Source of the DNA: Fibrobacteria bacterium
GTDB taxonomy: Bacteria > Fibrobacterota > Fibrobacteria > UBA11236
NCBI GenBank assembly: GCA_043750055.1
Contig: JAYVCH010000264.1
Span: forward strand, 1 to 46,164
Reading direction: 5' to 3'
Length of the DNA stretch: 46,164 nt
This document shows, piece by piece, positions 1-9,086 of the stretch. The notes below the pieces were generated by a model, which was given only the letters and a program-made list of their open reading frames with translations, was not told the DNA's origin and did not search any database. Position 1 is the first letter of the stretch, and each line of letters begins with the position of its first letter. The position numbers and the translations under genes were made by a program.

Positions 1-1226
1 TCGCGGGACCAACTTGGCGACAGAATCGCTTGCACTGCTGGAGCGATTTCCTGCTTTACCGTGCCTTTTTTCGCATCAATAATGTGAATGACATCTTTGC
101 CATGACTTTTACTGACAATGGCCAACCGCTTGCTGTCGGGACTCCAACTGATTCCAGATTTAAAGGAGTGAAAGCTTTCATGATTGCCTTCCTTACCTCC
201 TTGAATCACCGAGCGTGTCACCTTTTCGCTTTTAATATTCAAAATGAAAATACCTTCCCAAGATTCCCTGTCACTGAAAAAGGCGATCTCCTGCCCATTG
301 GGCGAGATTGAGGGTTGCAAATTGAAAAAGGAAAGATCCTTACCATGATCCGTTAATTTTCTCGCAATATTTTTTCCATATTTTCTTTGACCTAACTCTG
401 GCCAATAAATGAAACGCAATTCCCGAAGCCAAATTTCTCCCGCTTCCTCCAACGATGTTTTGGTCACTTTTTTAAAGGCCTGGGGCAGGTCATGGGCTTC
501 GTTCATTTCTTGAACTAATTTTGTCACCGCTCCCTTACCATAAGTCGTTTCCATAAAATGAAAAAATAACTGGCCCCCTTTATAAGCCAAGAAGCCTCCA
601 AAGTCGGAAGTAGGTGGCTCCACATATCCAAAAGTAGTCGCATCGACCATGAAAAATTCGGAGGATAAATCCCAACCCAATGACGCATATTCGGCGAGAC
701 CTTCACTGACCCAAAGTGGAAATTGGCTGCCTTGATGCGTTATGTTCGAAGCGGCATTGTCGCCGAACATCATATCGAAAACTACAGCATGAGTCATTTC
801 ATGTTTAATCACGTGGTAGAAATCGGAATAACTTCCTTCAAAGGGCAAGACAATGCGGTTCTTGAAAATTTCAGTAAACCCACCGATGCCTTCATGGAGA
901 GGAAGTCGGATAACATTAGTCTGTTCAAATTCGACATGCGAGTTATGCAGAATGATCGGCACGCGAGCTGAAAGTTTATGGCCAACCGTCGAGGATACAC
1001 TCTTATACATTTCTTCGACATGCCGAGCAGCAAACCCTGCAATTAAGTCCGCACCTTGAGGGAAATAAATGTCGAAATGTTCCGTCCGATAATAGGACCA
1101 GTGAAATTGATGAAACTGAACTTTGTTTTGTCCGAACTGTTGAGCAGATACTCGTACTGGAATTCCCAGGAACAAGACTACCCATAAAGTCAGAATTGAT
1201 TTTAGCCCAAGGCTTTTAATTTGCAA
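1..1226 (-). CDS. Secreted HEXXH zinc-metallopeptidase-like protein with PD40/TolB-type beta-propeller repeats; the C-terminal part runs off the left edge
   Basis: Absent from the ORF track because it has no stop inside the window. The reverse frame from TTG 1226 reads MQIKSLGLKSILTLWVVLFLGIPVRVSAQQ (signal peptide). It continues to VIKHEMTHAVVFD (HEXXH at 789-803), then SISPNGQEIAFFSDRE and ISWSPDSKRLAIVS (PD40-like repeats). The frame is open to base 1. The start codon is uncertain. Confidence 0.6.
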   Translation of the reverse strand, partial: MQIKSLGLKSILTLWVVLFLGIPVRVSAQQFGQNKVQFHQFHWSYYRTEHFDIYFPQGADLIAGFAARHVEEMYKSVSSTVGHKLSARVPIILHNSHVEFEQTNVIRLPLHEGIGGFTEIFKNRIVLPFEGSYSDFYHVIKHEMTHAVVFDMMFGDNAASNITHQGSQFPLWVSEGLAEYASLGWDLSSEFFMVDATTFGYVEPPTSDFGGFLAYKGGQLFFHFMETTYGKGAVTKLVQEMNEAHDLPQAFKKVTKTSLEEAGEIWLRELRFIYWPELGQRKYGKNIARKLTDHGKDLSFFNLQPSISPNGQEIAFFSDRESWEGIFILNIKSEKVTRSVIQGGKEGNHESFHSFKSGISWSPDSKRLAIVSKSHGKDVIHIIDAKKGTVKQEIAPAVQAILSPSWSR

Positions 1227-2079
1227 AAGTGTCTCCAGAAAGATGGGCCTCCGCCCAATCCAATAATTCCGAGTCTGAACCATGCACTGGCGCCGTCCCG
1301 GCTAGACTAGAAAAGAACTGTGCCAATTGATGAGCCGACAATTGACCAGGAGCAATGGCGTCGCCAGATAAAAAGCCGTAAGTAAGAGGGCAACCCAGAA
1401 TCGGACCCAAAACCCGAGTCGATCGCGCAGGAAGACCCATAGAGAGGACACAAATATTTTTTCCTGGTCGATTAAATTCTCGTGCAAATCGCATCAAGTC
1501 TAAGGCCTCTAATCGATCTTGGCATGTCACGGCCATTTTTTGCCCTTCGTATCCCCAACTAATCAGTTCATGACCTATACGATTTAGTTCCTGGGCTGGA
1601 TAGCTCGAGATTAAATTGTGATGCGAAACGATGACTTTTACGAATCGATGGCTTAAGACTTTTTTTAGGGCGGGGGTTAATAAAGGCAGGACCTCCAATT
1701 CCAAGTCTATCCATTCACAAGGACAGTCCTTTGAATCTAGACCTATTGACAACCAGATTTTATCTCGGTCGGCCGCATTGGAATCGAGCCATTGCCCCCC
1801 ATCGCGTTTTAGTCGTAACGTAAAAAGGGTTTCTAAGGTATGACCTAATCGAGACCGGCATTCAGAGCGAAATGAATGCAATTCTGATAAAATTCGGGAA
1901 GGCTCCCAAAAGTCTCCTCGAAATTCAACCCAGTCGCATTCTTCCAGAGCTTTCCAGGCTTGAGGATCATGGCGGTTTGCAACAGTAATAATACCGATGA
2001 TTCTGGCCCCAGATCGGTTTTTTGTACTTTGACCCACAATGCCCTTTAAATTAAGAAAAGTATCCCACCTCGGCCCCAT
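1216..2079 (-). CDS. aroD: 3-dehydroquinate dehydratase, type I
   Basis: The 287-aa ORF carries SHHN and QKMAV (His/Lys catalytic context), SMGLPARSTRVLGPILGCPLTYG and APGQLS, which are typical AroD blocks. The true start may be GTG 2037, because the 2079 start overlaps the divergent neighbour. Confidence 0.65.
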   Translation of the reverse strand: MGPRWDTFLNLKGIVGQSTKNRSGARIIGIITVANRHDPQAWKALEECDWVEFRGDFWEPSRILSELHSFRSECRSRLGHTLETLFTLRLKRDGGQWLDSNAADRDKIWLSIGLDSKDCPCEWIDLELEVLPLLTPALKKVLSHRFVKVIVSHHNLISSYPAQELNRIGHELISWGYEGQKMAVTCQDRLEALDLMRFAREFNRPGKNICVLSMGLPARSTRVLGPILGCPLTYGFLSGDAIAPGQLSAHQLAQFFSSLAGTAPVHGSDSELLDWAEAHLSGDTFAN

Positions 2080-3196
2080 TCATTTCCATTGTGAATTTTT
2101 CTTAAGTCAAGATTGGACCTTGATCTGGGCAAGCATGCTACTTCTAATTTCAATTCCCTTGGCCCAAAACACTTCGAGACCGCAAAACAACTCACCTAAT
2201 GATGTTTTACCCATGGTGACATCGACTACCCCTGCCCCAAATTGTTTGTTCGAGCCTCTTTATGACGCTGTGATTCTTAAAGCCTTGGATTTGATGTTCC
2301 GAATGAATTATTCTGCCTCCGACTCTTTGCTACAAACCATGCCGGATGTCCCCGCTCGTGCCTATTTCCGAGGGCTTGTTGGGCTCAACCGATTCAATGA
2401 CTTAGGAGATACGAGCGCATTGTATTTGGCTCAAGCACTTTGGATAAAATTAGATGCGTCGACGTTTAATCCTAGTAAAAAACCGGAACAAGTTTTCCTC
2501 AATGACCCTTCTGAATCGCTTGATCTCTACCAAGGTCTATCCGAATTACAATTGAGTTATGTGGCTGGATTAACTGGACATCCTATTAAGGCCGCAACCT
2601 TGGGACGAAAAGCTATCTCGCGTTTAGAACGACATTCAGAGAATGCCGAAGCGAAAGCGGCCATCGCACTGTATAGATATTACAAAGCAGCCCTGGTTAA
2701 AAAAGTAGATTGGGTACCCTTTGTTCATGCTGACTTGAGTACCCCATTTCAGAGTCTGGAAAGGTCCATTCCGCAATCTCACTACCTGCAAGAAATTCTA
2801 CAAACTTCGCTCCTGTGGCTTTATTATGACCAAGGACGACTTGACTTGGGTCTAACCTTAATTGCTCGGTTTTTAAGTCGGTATCCCCAAAACCGACTTT
2901 ATCGGCAAATTCAGGCCGACTTTGAATTCCGAAAGGGTGATTTTTCTAAGGCCTTGAATCACCAAGTGGAGCTTAATCTTGAGTACGAAAAAATGCTGCA
3001 AGCCGATAGCAATGGAAAGTACCTACCACTAGGATACTTGAGCTCAGTCGGAAATCTCGCAAAGGTGTACCATTCCCTAAACCAGACAGATTTACTTCAA
3101 AAGCAACTTAGGATATGGCATGAGGCTCGGTATACAAAATTTATGGTTTGGATTCCTTCAAGCTTAAAAAGCGAAGTAGCCGGCCTCAAAAAATAA
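2039..3196 (+). CDS. Hypothetical protein, helical-repeat (TPR-like) character, probable N-terminal signal/anchor
   Basis: This is a long ORF with no family recognised. The start is more likely TTG 2120 or ATG 2135 (MLLLISIPLAQ), since 2039 overlaps the aroD start. Confidence 0.5.
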   Translation: MPFKLRKVSHLGPIHFHCEFFLSQDWTLIWASMLLLISIPLAQNTSRPQNNSPNDVLPMVTSTTPAPNCLFEPLYDAVILKALDLMFRMNYSASDSLLQTMPDVPARAYFRGLVGLNRFNDLGDTSALYLAQALWIKLDASTFNPSKKPEQVFLNDPSESLDLYQGLSELQLSYVAGLTGHPIKAATLGRKAISRLERHSENAEAKAAIALYRYYKAALVKKVDWVPFVHADLSTPFQSLERSIPQSHYLQEILQTSLLWLYYDQGRLDLGLTLIARFLSRYPQNRLYRQIQADFEFRKGDFSKALNHQVELNLEYEKMLQADSNGKYLPLGYLSSVGNLAKVYHSLNQTDLLQKQLRIWHEARYTKFMVWIPSSLKSEVAGLKK

Positions 3197-3346
3197 GCAA
3201 GACCACCCCCAAAATTTGATGTCCTCGACCCGTAAATTTTTCCCCGGTGAACCTACCATTTTATGATTAAAACCCTGATTTTGCAGGGAAAAACAAATCT
3301 TTATATGCTATTATTACTATGCACCTATTGAAAAAATCACAACGAC

Positions 3347-5257
3347 TTGGAGTGTACTTCCCCTATGTCAACCGATGTGCATGAAATTCCCATCAATCCC
3401 AACGAAAAATCTCATATTGATGTTGATTCGGTAACCATTCGTTTTGCCGGTGACTCTGGTGATGGAATGCAAATTACCGGAACCCAATTCACCGATGCAT
3501 CCGCTTTATTTGGAAATGATTTGGCTACCATGCCAGACTTTCCTGCGGAAATTCGCGCACCAGCCGGAACCGTTGCCGGAGTGAGCGCGTTTCAAATCCA
3601 TTTTTCATCCATGGAAATCAAAACTCCCGGTGATGAGTTGACCGTATTGGTTGCCATGAATGCGGCAGCCTTAAAAGCAAATATTTCCGATCTCGAAGAA
3701 GGGGGCATTCTCCTTGTCGATGAAGCTGGGTTTACCGAAAAGGATATTGAAAAAGCAGAGTTGAAATCCAACCCACTAGAAGACGGGTCCCTTGCCGGTT
3801 ACCGTGTTATTCGCGCGAACATTACTGAGCTGACTATCAATGCCGTTGCTGAAACTGGTCTTAAGGGTAAAGGCGCGGAACTTTGCAAAAACTTTTTCAC
3901 CTTAGGAATGATGTATTGGCTTTATGACCGTCCCTTAAATCACACCTTAAAATGGTTGGACGAAAAATATGGACCCAAGACCAAGTACAAAGACAAACCG
4001 CAAATTGCGGAATCGAATAAGAAAGCCCTGACTGCAGGCTACAATTTTGCCGATACTGTGGAGTTATTCACCTCGCATTATCGCGTTAAAAAAGCATCGT
4101 TACCCAAGGGCAAATACCGGAAAATTTCCGGAAACGAAGCGGTGGTATTCGGTTTACTTGCGGCTTCACAAAAATCGGGACGAAATATTTTTTACGGAAG
4201 CTATCCCATCACACCCGCTTCCGAAATTCTGCATGGGCTTTCCAAATACAAAAATTATGGCGTGATAACTTTTCAGGCCGAAGACGAAATCGCCGCGATT
4301 TGCACGGCCTTAGGATCCTCTTATGCGGGAGGTTTAGGCGTCACCGCCACTTCCGGTCCTGGTGTCTGCCTAAAGCTTGAAGCCATGGGTTTGGCAGTCA
4401 TGACTGAATTGCCCTTAGTGATCATAGACGTACAAAGAGGCGGTCCTTCCACTGGGCTCCCGACCAAAACGGAACAATCGGATTTACTGATGGCCATGTT
4501 CGGAAGAAGTGGTGACAGTCCCCTTCCCGTCCTTGCCGCACGTTCCCCAGGCGATTGCTTTGATATGACTTATGAAGCCGCTAGGATTGCTATGAAATAC
4601 ATGACTCCGGTCATCATCCTTTCTGATGGCCACATTGCCAATGGTTCAGAACCTTGGTTGGTTCCGGATCCCGAAAAACTGGCTAAAATGGAAGTTAAGC
4701 TGGCCCAAGCAGGTGAAGTTTTCAAAGCGTACGAACGAGACCCTAAAACTCAAGCGCGTAAATGGGCCATTCCCGGAACCGTCGGTTTGGAACATCGAAT
4801 TGGTGGTTTGGAAAAGGCTCAGGTCACCGGGACCATTTCTTATGACCCCGATAATCACCAAGCTATGACCAATGAGAGGCATGCCAAAATTGCCAATATC
4901 GCCAATGATATCCCGCTTGCGGAAGTGGTAGGAGCCACCGACGGAAAAGCAATTATTGTCAGCTGGGGCGGGACATACGGAGCCGTTTCCACTGCCGTGG
5001 AAGAATGCAACAAAGCCGGTTTAAAACTTGGTCATGTCCACTTACAATACTTGAACCCACTTCCCCGAAATCTGGGAGAAATCCTGAGAGGCGCTGAGCG
5101 GGTCATTATTCCAGAACTGAATATGGGTCAGTTAAAAATGCTTCTTGGCGGTACTTTTGGTATTGAGATACAGGGCATCAATCAGGTGAGGGGCAAGCCT
5201 TTCCGAATTTCTTTCCTCACCTCAGAATTTCATCGGATTTTGGAGACGCAAAAATGA
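3347..5257 (+). CDS. korA: 2-oxoglutarate/2-oxoacid:ferredoxin oxidoreductase subunit alpha
   Basis: The ORF is 636 aa. VTIRFAGDSGDGMQITGTQF and the YPITPASEIL block are typical of two-subunit OFOR alpha chains. It overlaps the beta subunit gene by 4 nt. An alternative start is ATG 3365. Confidence 0.85.
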   Translation: MECTSPMSTDVHEIPINPNEKSHIDVDSVTIRFAGDSGDGMQITGTQFTDASALFGNDLATMPDFPAEIRAPAGTVAGVSAFQIHFSSMEIKTPGDELTVLVAMNAAALKANISDLEEGGILLVDEAGFTEKDIEKAELKSNPLEDGSLAGYRVIRANITELTINAVAETGLKGKGAELCKNFFTLGMMYWLYDRPLNHTLKWLDEKYGPKTKYKDKPQIAESNKKALTAGYNFADTVELFTSHYRVKKASLPKGKYRKISGNEAVVFGLLAASQKSGRNIFYGSYPITPASEILHGLSKYKNYGVITFQAEDEIAAICTALGSSYAGGLGVTATSGPGVCLKLEAMGLAVMTELPLVIIDVQRGGPSTGLPTKTEQSDLLMAMFGRSGDSPLPVLAARSPGDCFDMTYEAARIAMKYMTPVIILSDGHIANGSEPWLVPDPEKLAKMEVKLAQAGEVFKAYERDPKTQARKWAIPGTVGLEHRIGGLEKAQVTGTISYDPDNHQAMTNERHAKIANIANDIPLAEVVGATDGKAIIVSWGGTYGAVSTAVEECNKAGLKLGHVHLQYLNPLPRNLGEILRGAERVIIPELNMGQLKMLLGGTFGIEIQGINQVRGKPFRISFLTSEFHRILETQK

Positions 5258-6267
5258 CTACTATAACGACTCCAGCTGAACCACTAACACGCAAAGACTT
5301 CGCATCGCCTACGGCTATTCGTTGGTGCCCGGGCTGCGGAGACTATTCCATTTTGTCGACGATGCAGGGAATTCTCCCCACCTTGGGATTGCCAAAGGAA
5401 AATTTTGTGTTCGTATCCGGGATTGGGTGTTCGAGCCGCTTCCCTTATTACATGAATACCTACGGTTTCCATACCATCCATGGTCGCGCACCGGCTATTT
5501 CTACTGGTGTAAAATTGACCAATCCAAACCTGCAAGTTTGGGTCATCACTGGTGATGGTGATGCGCTCAGTATCGGTGGAAATCATTTTATTCATGCTTT
5601 GCGTCGCAATATGGATCTGAAAATAATTTTGTTCAACAACAAAATTTACGGTCTCACTAAAGGTCAATACTCTCCCACATCGGGCGTTGGAACTGTAAGC
5701 CCATCCACCCCGATGGGTTCGGTGGACTTGCCACTCTCTCCCATTAGCATGGCCATTGGCGCCGAAGCCGGCTTTGTCGCGCGTACCTCGGACAACGATG
5801 TCAAACACATGGGTGAAGTCTTCGCTGCCGCAGCCGCCTACAAAGGTACGGCTTTAGTCGAAGTCCTGCAAAACTGCATTATCTTCGCCGACAAAATTCA
5901 TGAGCCCTATTACGGTCGACCGACTCGTCCTGATACCATGTTGTATTTAAAGCATGGTGAACCCATGCGGTATGGAAAAGAACTGGAAAAGGGCTTGGTT
6001 TTGGATGGGATGGCCATCAAAACAAAGAACAATCCAGGTGAGGGTCAAGTCCTGATACATAATGAAAAGGAAAGCACGGGTGCATTGGGTTTCCACTTGT
6101 CCCGCTTGGCCCACCCAGAATACCCGGTTCCCGTTGGCGTGTTCCGTAATGTGGAACGACCATCCTATACCGATGCTATGCGTGCCCAAATTGATACTGC
6201 AGCAGCCAAAAGCCCTCCCAGCCTTGAGAAACTGTTCAATTCAGGAAGCACCTGGACCGTGGAATAA
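5254..6267 (+). CDS. korB: 2-oxoglutarate/2-oxoacid:ferredoxin oxidoreductase subunit beta (TPP-binding)
   Basis: The ORF is 337 aa. It has WCPGCGDYSIL and the GDGDALSIGGNHFIHALRRN TPP-binding motif. It is translationally coupled to korA. Confidence 0.85.
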   Translation: MTTITTPAEPLTRKDFASPTAIRWCPGCGDYSILSTMQGILPTLGLPKENFVFVSGIGCSSRFPYYMNTYGFHTIHGRAPAISTGVKLTNPNLQVWVITGDGDALSIGGNHFIHALRRNMDLKIILFNNKIYGLTKGQYSPTSGVGTVSPSTPMGSVDLPLSPISMAIGAEAGFVARTSDNDVKHMGEVFAAAAAYKGTALVEVLQNCIIFADKIHEPYYGRPTRPDTMLYLKHGEPMRYGKELEKGLVLDGMAIKTKNNPGEGQVLIHNEKESTGALGFHLSRLAHPEYPVPVGVFRNVERPSYTDAMRAQIDTAAAKSPPSLEKLFNSGSTWTVE

Positions 6268-6305
6268 TTCTGATCTAGATCACCTTTTCCTGACTCTTAA
6301 CAAAA

Positions 6306-6337
6306 ATGGCATGATTGATTTCATGTCATTTTTTTTT
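6306..6337 (+). terminator. Rho-independent terminator of korAB
   Basis: A 9-bp stem pairs ATGGCATGA with TCATGTCAT (one G-U pair). The loop is 6 nt (TTGATT) and a T8 run at 6330-6337 follows. It lies 39 nt after the korB stop. Confidence 0.6.
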
Positions 6338-6438
6338 GAATTTTTCGGTCCCTGTCTAATTTCTTCGCCATGAATTAAATTTGCTCACAAATAGAAGCAA
6401 AAAATTCTTAATAATGGATTCATTATAGTTTCCGGACG

Positions 6439-7284
6439 GTGCCGTTGAATACTCAAAGACATAACACCGAGATCGGGAAGCCTAGTTTGTTCCAATACGT
6501 GGAATATCGAAGTTTCTTGTCCGATTATGTAGAGTGGAGACAACAAGGCAATAGCAAGTTTTCCAAACGGGCTTTCTCCCAAAAATATTTCGGATCAACG
6601 GCCATTCTCTACACTGTTATTTTAGGCAGAAGAGACCTGGGTCCCAAGCTCCGGGTCAGATGTGCGGCGGCGCTTTCATTGGGAGAAAAGGAAAACCTAT
6701 ACTTCGATTTGCTTGTTCAACATAATCAGGCCAAATCTGATCTGGAAAGGAATTTTTTGTTCGACAAGCTTTCGAAATTCCGTAATTCCAAACCTTGGGT
6801 AGTGCGGGAAAATCAATATAGGTACTACGAAAAGTGGTACTATGCCGTGGTTTTTAATTATCTCGGGCTGGATCAAAAAAAAGCCACACCCGCCGATATT
6901 GCCAAGGAACTTTATCCAACAGTTAGCGTCAGTGAAGTCGAAGAATCTATTCGTTTACTGCTTGAATTGGAACTGGTTAAGAAATCAGAAATCGGCTATG
7001 CCCTTACGAAAAACCATCTGGTATCTGGAGATGCTTTTCAGGGAAGCGTCGCCCTGGAATACAACCGGCAGATTCATAAACTGAGTTCCGACCTGGTCCA
7101 AGATGGCTTTCGTAAATTTAAAGCGTATAACACCCAGGTAATTACGACTTCCGATTCTAGCCTTAAGAAAATTCGAGAAAAAGTTTCCGCACTGGAAGCG
7201 GAAATCAGTGAAATTGTGGCCAAGGATAAAAGTACGGACAAGGTCTGTACCTTAATTTTTCAAATCATACCCAATACTCGCTAG
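6439..7284 (+). CDS. TIGR02147/DUF4423-like protein (putative DNA-binding, function unknown)
   Basis: The N-terminal pattern matches my memory of the TIGR02147 family: YVEYRSFLSDYVEWRQQGNSKFSKRAFSQK, then LGRRDLG, then ENLYFDLLVQHNQAK. No signal peptide is present. The start is GTG. Confidence 0.55.
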   Translation: MPLNTQRHNTEIGKPSLFQYVEYRSFLSDYVEWRQQGNSKFSKRAFSQKYFGSTAILYTVILGRRDLGPKLRVRCAAALSLGEKENLYFDLLVQHNQAKSDLERNFLFDKLSKFRNSKPWVVRENQYRYYEKWYYAVVFNYLGLDQKKATPADIAKELYPTVSVSEVEESIRLLLELELVKKSEIGYALTKNHLVSGDAFQGSVALEYNRQIHKLSSDLVQDGFRKFKAYNTQVITTSDSSLKKIREKVSALEAEISEIVAKDKSTDKVCTLIFQIIPNTR

Positions 7285-7298
7285 AGAGGTCAGCACGG

Positions 7299-8195
7299 AT
7301 GTTAAAAATATCATCGATACTTTCTCTCTTTATCCTTCTATTCAATGGGTGTTTAAGGATAGACTCCACAAGTTCGTTAACCGGAAATCAATCTTCTACA
7401 GATATTCAAGATCAAGAATTGACAGCCGGGGCATCCTCAACCACAAATTGGCCTCCACAACTGGGTGGACTTCCTATCTTTGTCGCCACCAATCTAAAGG
7501 AACGCCTCGATTTGGTATTTCTGGAGCCGAGTAATTCATCAGTCGGTCTTCTTCAATTACCTATCCACTTATCTGGAAAAATAATCCTATTTAAAGATGG
7601 AGGCATTCCGGCGCTCAATACCCCGAAGGTTGTGTCTATTTCCTTTGTGAAAAGAGACACGGTCAATATTCCTTTTTCAAGTTTGGATTCCCTATTAGAA
7701 AAAAGAATCGATACGCTTATTTTTAATTTGGATATTCAGACAGATTCAGGGCATGTCTGGATTTTGGGATTGGGTTATGACCGGCCATCTCACTCTTTTT
7801 TCAAAACGCCATTTTCAACTGAAACGGGAAATCAGGCGTTTTTACAGAAGCCGGACTTCAATTTTAAAGGGACCTTAGATTCCAGCGGCGGCCTTTCAAA
7901 AAGCACTTTGGTTGGAGCGTCCACTTTCTACTTCTATATTCCTGGAACTCCCTATTTTTGGAAACAGGAGGCTGACACCCTTCAATTGGGACCCATTCCT
8001 AATGGAAATTATCCCTTGAGACTCTTACGAATCACAACCAACAGTGACGGAACTCAAACTGAGATATGCCTGTTTGAAGTGCATGGACAAAAAATAAAAT
8101 CCAACGACATCAATTATATTTTTAAAATTGGTGGGAAGATATTGTCCAGAACAATCCCTGGAAAAGTACCAAGCAGACAAATGGTACCTTGGTAG
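7299..8195 (+). CDS. Lipoprotein, unknown family
   Basis: The ORF begins MLKISSILSLFILLFNGC, a signal peptide with an LFNGC lipobox. It lies 14 nt after the previous gene. No domain was recognised. Confidence 0.6.
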   Translation: MLKISSILSLFILLFNGCLRIDSTSSLTGNQSSTDIQDQELTAGASSTTNWPPQLGGLPIFVATNLKERLDLVFLEPSNSSVGLLQLPIHLSGKIILFKDGGIPALNTPKVVSISFVKRDTVNIPFSSLDSLLEKRIDTLIFNLDIQTDSGHVWILGLGYDRPSHSFFKTPFSTETGNQAFLQKPDFNFKGTLDSSGGLSKSTLVGASTFYFYIPGTPYFWKQEADTLQLGPIPNGNYPLRLLRITTNSDGTQTEICLFEVHGQKIKSNDINYIFKIGGKILSRTIPGKVPSRQMVPW

Positions 8196-8213
8196 GGTAA
8201 TGAAAGGCTCAAC

Positions 8214-9047
8214 ATGTTCAGAATACTTCGACTCTTTTCCTTTCTAATTCTACTTCCCATCTTATCATGGAGTTTTCCACCTTCAATGGATATTGGCACT
8301 ATTGCCATTGATCTTTTTAGTTTGAATGGCGGCGGCGCGCCTGATCTTTCCTTTCAAATCCCTGGGGGACAGAATTTTTTTACCACGGCCAATTTGAACA
8401 TACCTCCATATTCTAATTCTGTTGGTACGCCAGGAAACCAAACATATGGTCCGAACTTGGCACTTGATCTGAGAAATACCCAAGTCGCAAAAACGGCCCT
8501 TATTTCTACGAGCAGTGCCTATGGCAACCGTGAATACTGCGACTTTATCTATTACGGTGGACATGGTTTCCCGGGTGGGTTTTTTCTCGGCCTCAATCCA
8601 GGCTATGGAAATGTCGTCGCTTCCGAAATGAACCTCGGAGTGGGATACAATCGATGGTTTCTTGCCAATTCCTGTTCAATATTCAACAGCGCAGCCCCTG
8701 CAACAACTTGGCAGCCTGCATTTCATGGAGTCAAAGCTTTACTCGGTTTTAAATCGGTAATCTTCGATAATAATATGGGTTGGGACCTCTACAACGATTT
8801 CTGGCTCAACTGGACTTTTCGATCAAAAAATTTATCTAACAGTTTTTTCGATGCGCAAGCCAATTATGGCTACAAACATCTCTATCCAACCAAGGGGCTA
8901 CATCCAGGCTGTCTTTCTGCCCAAGTCCCAGCAGGCACAACCGATTATTGTTCTCAACTTTTTAAACTGATCAGCCATGATTATGCGGCAGCCACGCCGA
9001 ACACGGGAAATTATTACTCCCGTATAATCGGAAACCCTCAATATTAA
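8214..9047 (+). CDS. Exported protein of unknown family with a caspase/gingipain-like His...Cys signature (inference)
   Basis: The signal peptide is MFRILRLFSFLILLPILSWS. DFIYYGGHG (His codon 8562-8564) and WFLANSCS (Cys codon 8673-8675) lie 37 residues apart, each after a hydrophobic strand. Confidence 0.6.
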   Translation: MFRILRLFSFLILLPILSWSFPPSMDIGTIAIDLFSLNGGGAPDLSFQIPGGQNFFTTANLNIPPYSNSVGTPGNQTYGPNLALDLRNTQVAKTALISTSSAYGNREYCDFIYYGGHGFPGGFFLGLNPGYGNVVASEMNLGVGYNRWFLANSCSIFNSAAPATTWQPAFHGVKALLGFKSVIFDNNMGWDLYNDFWLNWTFRSKNLSNSFFDAQANYGYKHLYPTKGLHPGCLSAQVPAGTTDYCSQLFKLISHDYAAATPNTGNYYSRIIGNPQY

Positions 9048-9086
9048 ACGCCGATATTTTTCGGCCCAAATAAAGTAGCGGAGAAA

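Noticed and set aside
30-1185. ORF-track entries 30-311(+), 524-706(-), 723-971(+), 809-1042(-), 853-1059(+) and 1003-1185(-).
   Set aside because: All are short, mutually overlapping and out of frame with the long open minus-frame gene (1-1226), which has clear protein motifs. Their translations are low-complexity or Cys/Arg-rich, typical of off-frame reads.
5284-5808. A 174-aa antisense ORF inside korB, plus similar internal or antisense ORFs: 21172-21582 and 21643-21933 in actB, 24133-24576 in actA, 34650-35093 in miaB, 44472-44894 in glnD, and 25550-25900 in ctaB.
   Set aside because: Each is fully embedded in a gene with strong family motifs. Each has Arg/Ser/Cys-rich composition and lacks an RBS. 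They are shadow ORFs.
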